Below the pieces are notes generated by a model. That model did no database searches, had not been told where the DNA came from, and saw only the letters and a list, made by a program, of their open reading frames with translations. DNA of 64,000 nt from Macrostomum lignano (taxonomy: Eukaryota), in assembly GCA_002269645.1 (NCBI GenBank), contig NIVC01000019.1, positions 1,426,001 through 1,490,000 of the forward strand. Direction: 5' to 3'. This document shows positions 35,397-53,284 of this stretch, in pieces. A program made the position numbers and the translations under genes. The stretch's first letter is position 1; the number at the start of each line of letters is the position of its first letter.

Positions 35397-36650
35397 ATGC
35401 TGACTGTTGCCTCAATCCTGCTCTGTCTTCTGACAGCTGTGCCGGCTGCTACTGACTTCGAAGCGGATCTGCAGCGATACCTGAAGAATATTCCTGGCTT
35501 CAGTCCTGCGCTGTACCCGAGAATCAACTGGACTACGAGTCGCAATAAGATGCTCGACGTATCGTTCAATGCCATACTCAGCCACATTGTGTCGGTGGAC
35601 ACGGCTCAGCAGAGCATGACGGTGTCGCTGTTTTTGGAGACGACCAGAGAGGAAGAGCGGCTCGTGTGGAAGCCGGCCGATTTTGGCGGCATTAACTACA
35701 CCCGCTGGGACGCTTCCCAGATTTGGTATCCAGAAATAATGCTATACAACGGCAATGGCGCCGAGCAAGTCCTGACGCCGTGCAAGCACGTTACGTTGAC
35801 TTCGGTCAGCGATAATTTGACTTTAGTAACAACCAAATGGCGTCGGGAGTTCGAATTCTATTGCAGATTTGTCATGGCTGATTTTCCATTCGATTCTCAC
35901 ACCTGCATCCTTTTGCTATTTTTGAATGACTTGGAATACTTGGGCTCTGTTCGGCCAGTGATCGCTAATCCGAAATACAATATGACTGGAATATACCGGG
36001 AGAGCAGCGAATGGATTCTGACTGAAGCCACTGTTGAAGTTAAAAAAGAATATTACTACATTGTTGAGAACTTAAACATTCCTATAAACATTTACCATCT
36101 GACACTGAAGATAAAGCGCGTTTCGACGTATTACATAGTTAATGTGATCATTCCGCTACTACTGCTGACTCTGCTGCAGTTGCTGCTGTACTTTGTGCCT
36201 CTTGACTCCGGTGAGAAGCTGGGCTTCGGCGTCACCATCATGCTCAGCTACACTGTGTTCCTGCTCCTGCTTGACGGAATTCTGCCGAAGTCGGAGGACA
36301 TGCCGGCCATCGCCCTGTTCATCACGGCCGCCATGGTGTTGTCTACCGCGTCGCTGCTGCTGACGTCGCTGACCATGCGGTTCCACTTCGCGTCGCCGAC
36401 CGCGCGCATGTCGGCCTGCGCTCGAGCGGTCTTCGTCCGATTCCTGGGCCGCCTGCTCTGCCTGAACCGGGTGGGCCCGTCGCCCGCCGACGGTTCAGAT
36501 CGAGACAAGCCGGAAGAAGTTGGCGATGCTCCGACTGAGTCGGACTGGGCCGTGGCGACCCGAGCTGTCGAGAGAGTCCTGATGCTACTCGGAGTGACCG
36601 CCACTGCCGTAATAATTGGCGCGTTCTTGTTCCGGTCGTATCCGGCTTGA
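35397..36650 (+). CDS. Intronless Cys-loop ligand-gated ion channel subunit, paralog B
   Basis: 417 aa; same architecture as 19533-20792; Cys-loop CRFVMADFPFDSHTC; M1-M4 segments identical to paralog A. Confidence 0.93.
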   Translation: MLTVASILLCLLTAVPAATDFEADLQRYLKNIPGFSPALYPRINWTTSRNKMLDVSFNAILSHIVSVDTAQQSMTVSLFLETTREEERLVWKPADFGGINYTRWDASQIWYPEIMLYNGNGAEQVLTPCKHVTLTSVSDNLTLVTTKWRREFEFYCRFVMADFPFDSHTCILLLFLNDLEYLGSVRPVIANPKYNMTGIYRESSEWILTEATVEVKKEYYYIVENLNIPINIYHLTLKIKRVSTYYIVNVIIPLLLLTLLQLLLYFVPLDSGEKLGFGVTIMLSYTVFLLLLDGILPKSEDMPAIALFITAAMVLSTASLLLTSLTMRFHFASPTARMSACARAVFVRFLGRLLCLNRVGPSPADGSDRDKPEEVGDAPTESDWAVATRAVERVLMLLGVTATAVIIGAFLFRSYPA

Positions 36651-37082
36651 AGCAGTGGCGGATCCAAAAGGATTGCTGAAATGAATGAAACATCATTTAT
36701 ACTTTTTTCCTTAAATTTGCTACTTCTTTTTTGTTTATCTGTTCTTCTACGAAGTAGCACGTTTTTCTAAGTTATAGCAGTTTCATTCAGTTCTAAGGAA
36801 ACCCGTAATTAACTGATAAAACTTATGTAAAACGGTACTACATTGTAGACTAATAGAAGGGTGCACTACCCTGAAGAATCCCCTAATTTTTTCAAGTTAA
36901 ACGATTTATTTGTACTCTTGCAATTTGCACCATAGATGCTTTCATTTCAGTCTTCTTCATAGCATCATTGTCGATGTTTTTGTTTGCCGACAAGCTTAAA
37001 AAAGCAAAATTGAGAGGAATAGGCGAACAGAGTACGCTGGGAATTGCTCTTAATATTGAAATAGCCCAGCTCGCAAAATTAA

Positions 37083-39100
37083 ATGATGCCCCAGGCGCAG
37101 CCGCAGTCTCGCATTAAAACCGCGGACAGGCGCAGGCAGACTGGCAGCGCCGGCGACTTCAGCCGAATCGAGCGGTGGCTGCAAGAAATTCGCGAGCCGG
37201 ATCGGCGTGCCATGCCTCTGGACTTTTTCGAAGCTATCGAGACTCTGCCGAATCAGCAGCAGTATCAGCATCATCAAAGTCAGCAGCAGCATTCTCATGC
37301 GGCCGTTAAATATTTTGATTATCGACACGACAGCGGCAGTTCTTCAACGTCGGACAGCGATTGTGAGTTTGCGGTACGAGCTGCAGTAAACTGCGATTCA
37401 GGTAGTTTAGACTGCGTGAGGAGGTTGTAGCCCAGTGGTTGGAGTGTCGGACTTACGACTGAAAGGTCGTTTATTATTATTATTGAGCAAGCGAATCCCT
37501 GAATTCAAACTGTGACCCATCCAGGCTCAAAGCTGTCGGCAACCGAGTCCGAGACCGAGTTAAAACAATCAGAGAGCTCTTCAGAATCTCTAGCTTCGCT
37601 TAACAGCAACAAGATGAAGATTTTCAGAGAGGAGCAGCAGCAGCAACACCAGCAGCAGAGTCAGAAGCCAAGCTGCCCAGGTGGCTGCGGTGATAACAGG
37701 GTGTCCGGCACGTCTGATCATGAGCAGCAACTGGCACCGACGTCCGCTAAGCAGGCTCCGGACGCGGCTCCGAATAGCGTCACTTGTCGCTTTCAACTGT
37801 ACCAACGCCGCTCTCCCTCGAATTCAAAGTTGTCATCAACAACGTCTTCGTCGTCAAGTTCATCAACTTCAACGTCCGAGTCAGCCTGCCCGAACAGCCG
37901 GCGGCAGCGGCATCGCCGACAGCTGACTTTGCTCCGGTCTCTGCAGCCCGACGACCCAGCTCTGGTGCGGATATCCGCTCACCGCGGTGTCAGCATCAGC
38001 CTCGGAGCTATTACTGACGATCGTCGAAGGCCAATTGCTGTGAGCGGCGCCAGCTGGCGCTCAGTCATGGAAGCCGTCAGCGACATCAGCCGGGCGATGC
38101 CCGGACTAATGAGCCCAGGCGATATAAAGTCGTCAATTTCGTCTTCTCCAGAGGCTGCGGCGGCTGCTGCAGCGGTGGATGCTTCACGGACAGAGACGGA
38201 AAAAAGTGCGAGACAGCAGCATAAGAAAGCAAAAGCTGTCCATGACGACAGACATGCTCATGCAGGTATGATGTAACCCGGATCTAATCCTAATTCCATG
38301 GCAACCAGGTCTACGACGATTGACTGCCGCAATTGGCCTGCTGCATGGTGAAGTTTTATTGTCAGCAATTTAACTGTCAGCAATTTAACTGTCAGCAATT
38401 TGACAGTCAGCAATTTGACTGTCAGCAATTTGACTGTCAGCAATTTGACTGTCAGCAATTTGACTGTCAGTAATTTGATTTTCAGCAATTTGACTGTCAG
38501 CAATTTGATTGTCAGCAATTTGACTGTCAGCAATTTGACTGTCAGCAATTTGACTGTCAGTAATTTGATTGTCAGCAATTTGACTGTCAGCAATTTGACT
38601 GTCAGCAATTTGATTGTCAGCAATTTGACCGTCAGCAATGATTCACAGCGCGATGATTAAACATTTTACCGGTTTGTAACAAACTTTTATGCTCTTCGAT
38701 TCCCTCAGCAACGCCGCCTACTCAAACCAAAGCTACTGAGCAGCTCAGAAACCAAGGTGCCGATCGCTCCGGCCAGCACAGGAAGAAGCAGCGCCAGTCT
38801 GAACAGCCGGATGCTGCGAGAAGAAGCAGCTACAAATTGGCTCAAAATGTACGGTTCCAGCTGATCACGCCTCAGCGGGAGAGCATGTTTGAGCAGGACT
38901 CAACCACCGGTAAACCAGTGCATCCGCGCCTACGGCACCTGCTAGACTCCATGGGTATGGACATGGTTTTCCTGGAGCGCACTGTTGGCCCCAACAATGT
39001 ACCGTCCGTAAAGGTTCGCTTCCTTTTGAATAAATTTGAACAGCTGACTGCGTTCTGCAGCGCTATTGACTATCAGCTGCCTAAGCAGGGTTCAACATAG
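37083..39100 (+). CDS. Orphan 3-exon Ser/Gln-rich protein with a small globular C-terminal region
   Basis: Exons 37083-37401, 37525-38265 and 38709-39100 join in frame through two phase-1 introns (TCAG|gtagtt...catccag|; GCAG|gtatga...ccctcag|). No family recognised. Confidence 0.6.
38359..38638 (+). repeat. 15-bp minisatellite CTGTCAGCAATTTGA, intronic
   Basis: About 18-19 copies within intron 2 of the orphan gene. Confidence 0.95.
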
Positions 39101-40102
39101 CCTGTCGTCGCAAAAAACCCGACATGCTACATGAGCACGGGCACATTGTCAATGGTTCCCTCCGTTCGAGATTGAGTAACCTCGTGTGTACTCCCTATCC
39201 TAATCAGTCATGCCTTCTATGGAAATATGAAAATAACATTCTAATGTCCCTTTTGGCTCTGTCCAATGGCCTTTATGCTTACACCATGTACCACTCCTCG
39301 TTTACAAAACGAAAAAGCATAACCATAAATATTTTTTTGTTTTTTTTCAAGTTTTCAAACCCCCGTTGAATTTAAAATACTCTCGTAATAAATATACCTC
39401 ATTAAAATTTACTATTTTAATACTTATCCTTCTTATTGAGCTGAAGTCACCTGTTCTAATTTAGATATCCTCTGTTTAAAATAAAAACGACCACTTTCCA
39501 TTTTTTGCCGCTGCTATGGTTAAAATATCAGCGAGATTCTCCATCATAGACCTGTATACAGGGGCGTTTCATAAGCACCAAATTTATTCTGCATGGCTCA
39601 AAATCATGACTAGGAGGTGGCTATTTGTCCCCGAAGTCATGGCGTGCCGCATGATTAGAAAAACGGTGACCGTTGGAGAGGACAGATGAACTGTCGCCCC
39701 CCTCCTCAACGGCTTTCACCAAACATCTTCTAGTGTGCGAATTTCTTTCTCCGCTGTGTTTTCCGATCGGTAATGAGACTCCGGCCTGTCAAAGCTCTGC
39801 TTGCACCGCTGTCCTGTCGACTGGGAAAATTGGGAAAAGGGACTCCGCGGCCGCGGATGAGCTGGGGCAAATTAGTGCGTCCAGCTTGACTGTCCCCCTG
39901 CCTATGCGTTCCTTCCTGTCTGACAGAAAGTGAAAATGAAAAACAACAACGAGAGGGGAAATTGGTCAGAAGGAGGAGGCAGCACGGAGACACCCAGGGG
40001 TTCCGAGCTTCGCTTCAAGAATTCCATTTAAGTCCTCAACCCGAGCAGGTCGAAATCCGATTTCTCCTGCCTGTTAGTCACATCTGCTGCTCGAGTCGCA
40101 AA

Positions 40103-46032
<5,930 letters not shown>

Positions 46033-46520
46033 GTTGAGTTTAGTTGAGTGTTCGAGGACAAGCACTGAAGCTGTAAGGCCTGTCATTGAGAAAAGTCGTA
46101 TCATTGTCAGAAACTCACTATTTTATCGCTTCATAATTGTGAGTATCATGCCATGCTTATCTCTAAAATTAATCCAACCAAATTTGACTGTTACTACTTT
46201 TTGAATAGTTATAAGTAGTTTCAAACAGTGTTGATTTACTATTACTGTTAATAAATGGTCGTGTTTAGATACTTAAATTACGTCATATGGTAGAAACACG
46301 TAGAATAACATCCTTAAGCTGCTTGCGTAAAAATCCCACTTTTAGACTTTACTGTACGTTTTACCTGCGCCCAAAGCTTTCCTGAGCAAAGTCTGTAGTT
46401 TAGACAGTCGATAAATAAAAGCGAATCTTTTGTCGATTCAAGATATCGATGAGAATAAAAAATTATGAATACGTTCCTCTGAACTGGATTCCTAATACGA
46501 GTAATTCAGTGGTATTTATT

Positions 46521-47403
46521 TGTCTATGGCTTCTGCCTTACCGCTGTGTCTGATGGCATCTGCCTTACCGCTGTGTCTGATGGCATCTGCCTTACCGCTG
46601 TGTCTGATGGCATCTGCCTTACCGCTGTGTCTGATGGCTTCTGCCTTACCGCTGTGTCTGATGGCTTCTGCCTTACCACAGTGTCTGATGGCTTCTGCCT
46701 TACCGCTGTGTCTGATGGCTTCTGCCTTACCGCTGTGTCTGATGGCTTCTGCCTTACCACAGTGTCTGATGGCTTCTGCCTTACCGCTGTGTCTGATGGC
46801 TTCTGCCTTACCGCTGTGTCTGATGGCTTCTGCCTTACCACAGTGTCTGATGGCTTCTGCCTTACCGCTGTGTCTGATGGCTTCTGCCTTACCGCTGTGT
46901 CTGATGGCTTCTGCCTTACCGCTGTGTCTGATGGCTTCTGCCTTACCGCTGTGTCTGATGGCTTCTGCCTTACCGCTGTGTCTGATGGCTTCTGCCTTAC
47001 CGCTGTGTCTGATGGCTTCTGCCTTACCGCTGTGTCTGATGGCTTCTGCCTTACCGCTGTGTCTGATGGCTTCTGCCTTACCACAGTGTCTATGGCTTTT
47101 GTCTTACCGCTGTGTATGACTTCTGCCTTACTACTGTGTCTATGGCTTTTGTCGTACCGCTGTCGGCTGTGTCTATGACTTCTGCCTTACTGCTGCGTCT
47201 ATGGCTTTTGTCTTACCACAGTGTCTATGGCTTTTGTCTTACCGCTGTGTCTATGACCTCTGCCTTACCGCTGTGTCTGATGGCATCTGCCTTACCACAG
47301 TGTCTATGGCTTTTGTCTTACCGCAGTGTCTATGGCTTTTGTCTTACCGCTGTGTCTATGGCTTTTGTCTTACCGCTGTGTCTATGACTTCTGCCTTACC
47401 GCT
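46521..47403. repeat. 27-bp minisatellite TGTCTGATGGCTTCTGCCTTACCGCTG
   Basis: About 21 homogeneous copies, then degenerate ~25-bp variants towards the right end. Confidence 0.97.
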
Positions 47404-47902
47404 ATACGAGCGTACATGTACACATATGGCTACTATTCTATTGGTTTTTACGCAAAAAATCGACTTAAAATATGGCAGCAACTATTTATAATATTAAAAT
47501 CCTTAATTTTTGTCAACATCCGCAACAAAAATTTAATTTAATTCACGAACTTTGAACTTCTCCCTCGTATCTGCTCTGCCCTGGCAATCAGTTTTGCAAA
47601 ACGTTGCTTTGCCGAATCGTTTCTTGAAATGGAGATAAGTCTGAAAAGATTTGCAAGAGTCCACAGTCCATGTATGCCGCCTGCCCTGTGCGCCCGTACA
47701 AACAAGACACCGCAGCAGTGTCTGTAGGACTAAGAAAATCAGAGAAATATTTAGCTACGGAAAAAAGTTTCGTGTTTCCATGGAAACAGAGCCTATTTCT
47801 CTATCCAACAGTACAAAACTGAGCTTGTCAGTGCGCGTTCTCGAGTTTTTATTCTTTTTTATAAACTTTTTGTCAAGAAAGTTCAGCTGGAATCCAGCCG
47901 CA

Positions 47903-48021
47903 ATGACTCACAGAGCCCGACGTGACTGGAGCGGCCCGGGGCTGTCCAGCTGGGTCTCGGAGATCAGCCTCGGTAGGCCTGGTCGCCAGCCTTCGAAAGC
48001 GCTGCATCAGCCGAGGTACTC

Positions 48022-48071
<50 letters not shown>

Positions 48072-48562
48072 CAAGAGCGCCGGTCAAGCGCCGGTCGATG
48101 CACCGGACTCTGCCGGATCTGCGGCACCCCATCGGCAGGCAGACTCAGCCACAGCAGCCACAGCAGCAGCAATCGAAGCAGTCCAGATTATTGCAACCTA
48201 CTATTGCTTCTAAAAGCAGAAGTCGAATTGAGCTATTAACGCCGAGGCTGTCCGTGGCGCAGCCTCCTGCGGCGCCGAGGCAGCTGCATCGCCAGCCTCT
48301 TCACTCGCACAGGATTCCCACGGCCACTACCGGGAGTCGAACCGATGAAGACGGACGGCAGAGAGAAGCCAGCTTCTCTTCTTCATCATCATCTGCGGCG
48401 GCGTCTTCAAGCTCGTCTTCTTTGTCGTCTCCCAAGACCGATGCGGACTGGAGCCACGGCTACCTGACCGCCGAGGAGGCTGACAATGTCTCTGTCTGGC
48501 TGCAGCAGGTGCACCGGGCTTATCGACAGGCCGGATTCCTGACCGCTGCCGCCGAAAGCTGA
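47903..48562 (+). CDS. Putative orphan Gln/Ser-rich ORF with a (CAG)16 tract
   Basis: ATG at 47903; GC-rich open frame between AT-rich DNA; polyQ at 48023-48070; no recognisable domain. Confidence 0.4.
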
Positions 48563-48584
48563 CCAGATTTTTTGTTGACGGAGA

Positions 48585-49195
48585 ACTATGGGAGATTTCT
48601 GAGGAAGAATTAGGAAAGAAGTCTGAGAAACTACTGGGAGAGAATCCTATAGGGAGTTTTCGTGGGGATCCCATGTTGGATTCTATTGGGGAATTCTATG
48701 GGGAATTCTATTAGGGATTCTAGGGGAGATTCTCTAGAACTATAGGGGTAATTCTATGGGCAGTCCTATTTTGGATTCTATGGGAAATTCTCTAGGAGAA
48801 TTCTATGGGGTAATTCTATGGGGAATTCTATTTTGGATTCTATGGGAGATTCTCTAGGAGAATTATATGGGGGAATTCTATGGGGAATCCTATTTGGGAT
48901 TCCTTGGGAGATTCTATAGAACTATAGGGGGAATTCTATAAGCAATCTTATTTTGGATTCTATGGGAAATTCTCTAGGAGAATTATATGGGTGAATTCCA
49001 TGGGGAATCCTATTTGGGATTCTATGGGAGATTTCTTGGGAGATTCTATAGAACTATAGGGGGAATTCTATAAGCAATCTTATTTTGGATTCTAGGGGAA
49101 ATTCTCTAGGAGAATTATATGGGTGAATTCCATGGGGAATCCTATTTGGGATTCTATGGGAGAGTCTCTAGGAGAACTATATGGGAATTTTTTTA
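48585..49195. repeat. Degenerate tandem repeat built on GGGAATTCTATGG/CTCTAGGAGA motifs
   Basis: Recurrent gggaattctat, ttttggattcta and tctctaggagaa blocks, with longer blocks duplicated. Confidence 0.8.
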
Positions 49196-49269
49196 GGGTT
49201 TTACGGGGACAATCTGTCTTCTAAAGAATTCCAAAGGAGGAACTAGATATTGGAGTATGAAGAAGGTCA

Positions 49270-49440
49270 ACTCTGTGCACCGATTTACCCTTCTGCTTAA
49301 CTTTCTCCAGCTATTTCTGTCTTCGGTTAGTCCTCTCCCCGTCTGCCAGCGCTCTGCATATGCAGTGCGGATTCCCATAAGATTTCCCTTGATAGTTCTC
49401 AGCCTAACGAGCCAAATAAGGCGGACAAAATACAAAATTA
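49270..49440 (-). mobile_element. Possible LINE 3'-end fragment
   Basis: Minus-strand LTEDRNSWRKLSRRV resembles the C-terminal A-x-DR-x-x-WR motif of RTE-type ORF2. Confidence 0.35.
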
Positions 49441-49854
49441 TGGGCTAATTTGCGAATAGAAGCCCAATGCTCTTTTTAAGCTACCTAAGACACAGTAGGG
49501 GGGCCAATAAGGCATAATAAAATTACTGAATCGTTAAACTCAGTTAGGAGAATCTGTTTCGAATTCCTCAGTTCGTCTTTTCACCTGTCTTCGTCTCCGT
49601 ACTTCTGCGCGCGATATTAATCTCTGCATATTACGCTGTATTGCATGTCCGACTACTACGAATGCTGGCCAAATATAGTTTGATATTTTGTTTATTTGCT
49701 AGCCGTTAATAAACTTTTGATGGTTCAAGTAAAAAAATGTGCGACTAATTGTAACAACCTTTTTTAAAAAGGTGAAGTCACTTAACAAATTCTCACTTCA
49801 ATTGAACAAAGAATTCTTCAATTCTTCATTATTTTTAACAAAGAGGAAAACTCT

Positions 49855-50240
49855 CTGGGAAACTTTTCTAGGAAACTCTCTTTCTAGGAAACTCTCTTTC
49901 TAGGAAACTCTCTTTCTAGGAAACTCTCTTTCTAGGAAACTCTCTTTCTATGAAACTCTCTTTCTATGAAAATCTCTTTCTAGGAAACTCTCTTTCTAGG
50001 AAACTCTCTTTCTATGAAACTCTCTTTCTAGGAAACTTTCTCTCTAAGAAACTCTTCTTTGTGTGAAACTCAGGAAAACTCTCTGGGAAAATCTATTTCT
50101 GAGAAATGCTCTTTCTAGGAAACTCTCTTTCTGAGAAACTCTCCTTTGTGTGAAACTCTAAAAAACTCTCTGAAAACTCTCTTTCTGAGAACCACTCTTT
50201 CTAGGAAACTCTTTGTGGAAAACTTTCTTCCTAAGAAACT
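49855..50240. repeat. 16-bp minisatellite AGGAAACTCTCTTTCT
   Basis: Tandem copies that degenerate rightwards. Confidence 0.9.
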
Positions 50241-50971
50241 CTTAAGACACCATTTTTTTCAAAAGACTCTCCCACATAGACACTAATTATTTAAGGAGCA
50301 ACTTTCTGTTTAAAATACTTGAAGTATTTTGCTTAGATTCATGCACTCAAGTCTCAATTTAGAAGCACTATACGCAACCGTCTGTTTCGAATGTTTCGCA
50401 AATTTCGGTTTAAAGTTCAAAGGTTAAAGTCTCCATTTTTATGCTCTTATAGGCAAACTCTTCCTATCTAGCCGTATGTGCAGCTTGCGGTAAACACTCT
50501 CTCAACTGATTTGGTGTAAAGCAGCAATGCTGTGCTCATTAATTCTGTCTCTGACACAGAGCAGCAAATTCATGCGGCCAGTTTACAGTGGACTGGCCAT
50601 ACGCTCGTAAATTATATGACCAGGCGCCCAGAAACACACCGAGAAAAAAATGGACAGAAAAAACTTCTATAGTTAAAGGTTTATGAGATTGCGCTGTGGC
50701 CAAACAGCATTTGAGATTTGGATCACGCATATATTTGGTGTGCAATAGCTGGATAGCAGATCCGCCATCAGGGGGCTCTCACCTAATTGTTATTGAAATC
50801 TGGGGTCTTTGAACTTTAGACTGGATATTATTTTAACTTAATTGGGAGTAATTCCAACAAAATTTTTCATTGAATTACTTTCCTAGATTTTCAATGCACC
50901 CTGAAATTATTACAGCAGCAACTGTCAAACAATGCTCCAGCCCCATGCAGCTGCTTTTTGAGTCAAAGTGA

Positions 50972-51490
50972 TCACATCTCTTCCAAGTCGCTCCTTGCGT
51001 CGTTTCGCTTTCCTAGAAATCCGGAGTAGGCGCCGCGCTTTCCTAGAAAGCCAGAATAGGCACCGCGCTTTCCTAGAAAACCGGAGTAGGCACCGCGCTT
51101 TCCTAGAAAGCCAGAATAGGCTCCGCGCTTTCCTAGAAAACCGGAGTAGGCGCCGCGCTTTCCTAAAAATCCAGAATAAGCGCCGCGCTTTCCTAGAAAA
51201 CCGGAGTAGGCGCCGCGCTTTCCTAGAAAACCGGAATAGGCTCCGCGCTTTCCTAGAAAACCGGAGTAGGCGCCGCGCTTTCCTAAAAATCCAGAATAGG
51301 CACCGCGCTTTCCTAAAAATCCAGAATAGGCGCCGCGCTTTCCTAGAAAACCGGAGTAGGCGCCGCGCTTTTCTGCGTCCTCAGCTTTGGCCTCAGCAAG
51401 CGCCGGCCGCAGGCAGCAACAGCAGCAGGCGAGAAGCAGGCAAATTACGAAGCCGTTTCTCCAAGCACTTTTCGGTCGGGCCAGCAGCAT
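50972..51490 (-). CDS. Neuropeptide precursor releasing 12 copies of GAYSGFL-amide
   Basis: Signal peptide MLLARPKSAWRNGFVICLLLACCCCCLRPALA; acidic spacer; 12x GAYSGFL-G-KR (amide-donor Gly plus dibasic cleavage site); short acidic tail; single exon. Confidence 0.95.
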   Translation of the reverse strand: MLLARPKSAWRNGFVICLLLACCCCCLRPALAEAKAEDAEKRGAYSGFLGKRGAYSGFLGKRGAYSGFLGKRGAYSGFLGKRGAYSGFLGKRGAYSGFLGKRGAYSGFLGKRGAYSGFLGKRGAYSGFLGKRGAYSGFLGKRGAYSGFLGKRGAYSGFLGKRNDARSDLEEM

Positions 51491-52021
51491 GATCGCAGTC
51501 TCAAGTTGCTTGGCTCTCTGCTTTGCGGCACTGGAAAGAATGTTTATAGGGAGGATTTTTTCTGGTTTTACGAGAGCACAGCAGAGAATCAAGTCATCGA
51601 CCACCGGCTGCTGGACAAACCGGATAAAAATTGAAAAATCTTTATCCGTGAGAGTCGATTTTCACGGCCCATCAGGTCGGGACCAGCGAGTCGTGAAATT
51701 CTTTGTAAAATTTATTGTCTCCTGCTTTTCCTGCCCCGTCTCGGGGTGAAATTCAAAACCGCAGCGAGGAAAAAAAGTGGATCAAAAATTGCACTGGCCA
51801 TCGCTTTGAATAAAAAGTTTTTTCTGCTATTCAGAAAAATTAGGGGACTAAGGATTTATTGACTGCCAGCTTTTTCAGAATAACCTGCCTGATAGAGCAG
51901 CAGCTGAGGGCAGCGCAGTTCACCGGGCCGACCCCGTGTGCGGCCATGTTTGGGGCTTGTGCACAAAAATTGGGGGTTGTCGTGCAATTCAAAGCCTTCA
52001 GGGCCAACCCCCAGGCACAGA

Positions 52022-53284
52022 GAGAGTGTACATGCCTGACGATTAGAGAGAGAGTGTACATGCCTGACGATTAGAGAGAGAGTGTACATGCCTGACGATT
52101 AGAGAGAGAGTGTACATGCCTGACGATTAGAGAGAGAGTGTACATGCTTGACGATTAGAGAGAGAGTGTACATGCCTGACGATTAGAGAGAGAGAGTGTA
52201 CATGCCTGACGATTAGAGAGAGAGTGTACATGCCTGACGATTAGAGAGAGAGAGTGTACATGCCTGACGATTAGAGAGAGAGAGTGTACATGCCTGACGA
52301 TTAGAGAGAGAGTGTACATGCCTGACGATTAGAGAGAGATTGTACATGCCTGACGATTAGAGAGAGAGAGTGTACATGCCTGACGATTAGAGAGAGAGTG
52401 TACATGCCTGACGATTAGAGAGAGAGTGTACATGCCTGACGATTAGAGAGAGAGTGTACATGCCTGACGATTAGAGAGAGAGTGTACATGCCTGACGATT
52501 AGAGAGAGAGAGTGTACATGCCTGACGATTAGAGAGAGAGTGTACATGCCTGACGATTAGAGAGAGATTGTACATGCCTGACGATTAGAGAGAGAGAGTG
52601 TACATGCCTGACGATTAGAGAGAGAGTGTACATGCCTGACGATTAGAGAGAGAGAGTGTACATGCCTGACGATTAGAGAGAGAGAGTGTACATGCCTGAC
52701 GATTAGAGAGAGAGTGTACATGCCTGACGATTAGAGAGAGATTGTACATGCCTGACGATTAGAGAGAGAGAGTGTACATGCCTGACGATTAGAGAGAGAG
52801 TGTACATGCCTGACGATTAGAGAGAGATTGTACATGCCTGACGATTAGAGAGAGATTGTACATGCCTGACGATTAGAGAGAGAGTGTGTACATGCCTGAC
52901 GATTAGAGAGAGAGTGTACATGCCTGACGATTAGAGAGAGAGTGTACATGCCTGACGATTAGAGAGAGAGAGTGTACATGCCTGACGATTAGAGAGAGAG
53001 TGTACATGCCTGACGATTAGAGAGAGTGTGTACATGCCTGACGATTAGAGAGAGAGAGTGTACATGCCTGACGATTAGAGAGAGTGTGTACATGCCTGAC
53101 GATTAGAGAGAGAGAGTGTACATGCCTGACGATTAGAGAGAGAGTGTACATGCCTGACGATTAGAGAGAGAGTGTACATGCCTGACGATTAGAGAGAGAG
53201 TGTACATGCCTGACGATTAGAGAGAGAGTGTACATGCCTGACGATTAGAGAGAGAGTGTACATGCCTGACGATTAGAGAGAGAG
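52022..53284 (-). repeat. Second array of the AATCGTCAGGCATGTACA(CT)n satellite, inverted
   Basis: About 40+ units of gtgtacatgcctgacgatt(ag)n; flank ccaacccccaggcacagagag is also present at ~2607-2627. Confidence 0.97.
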
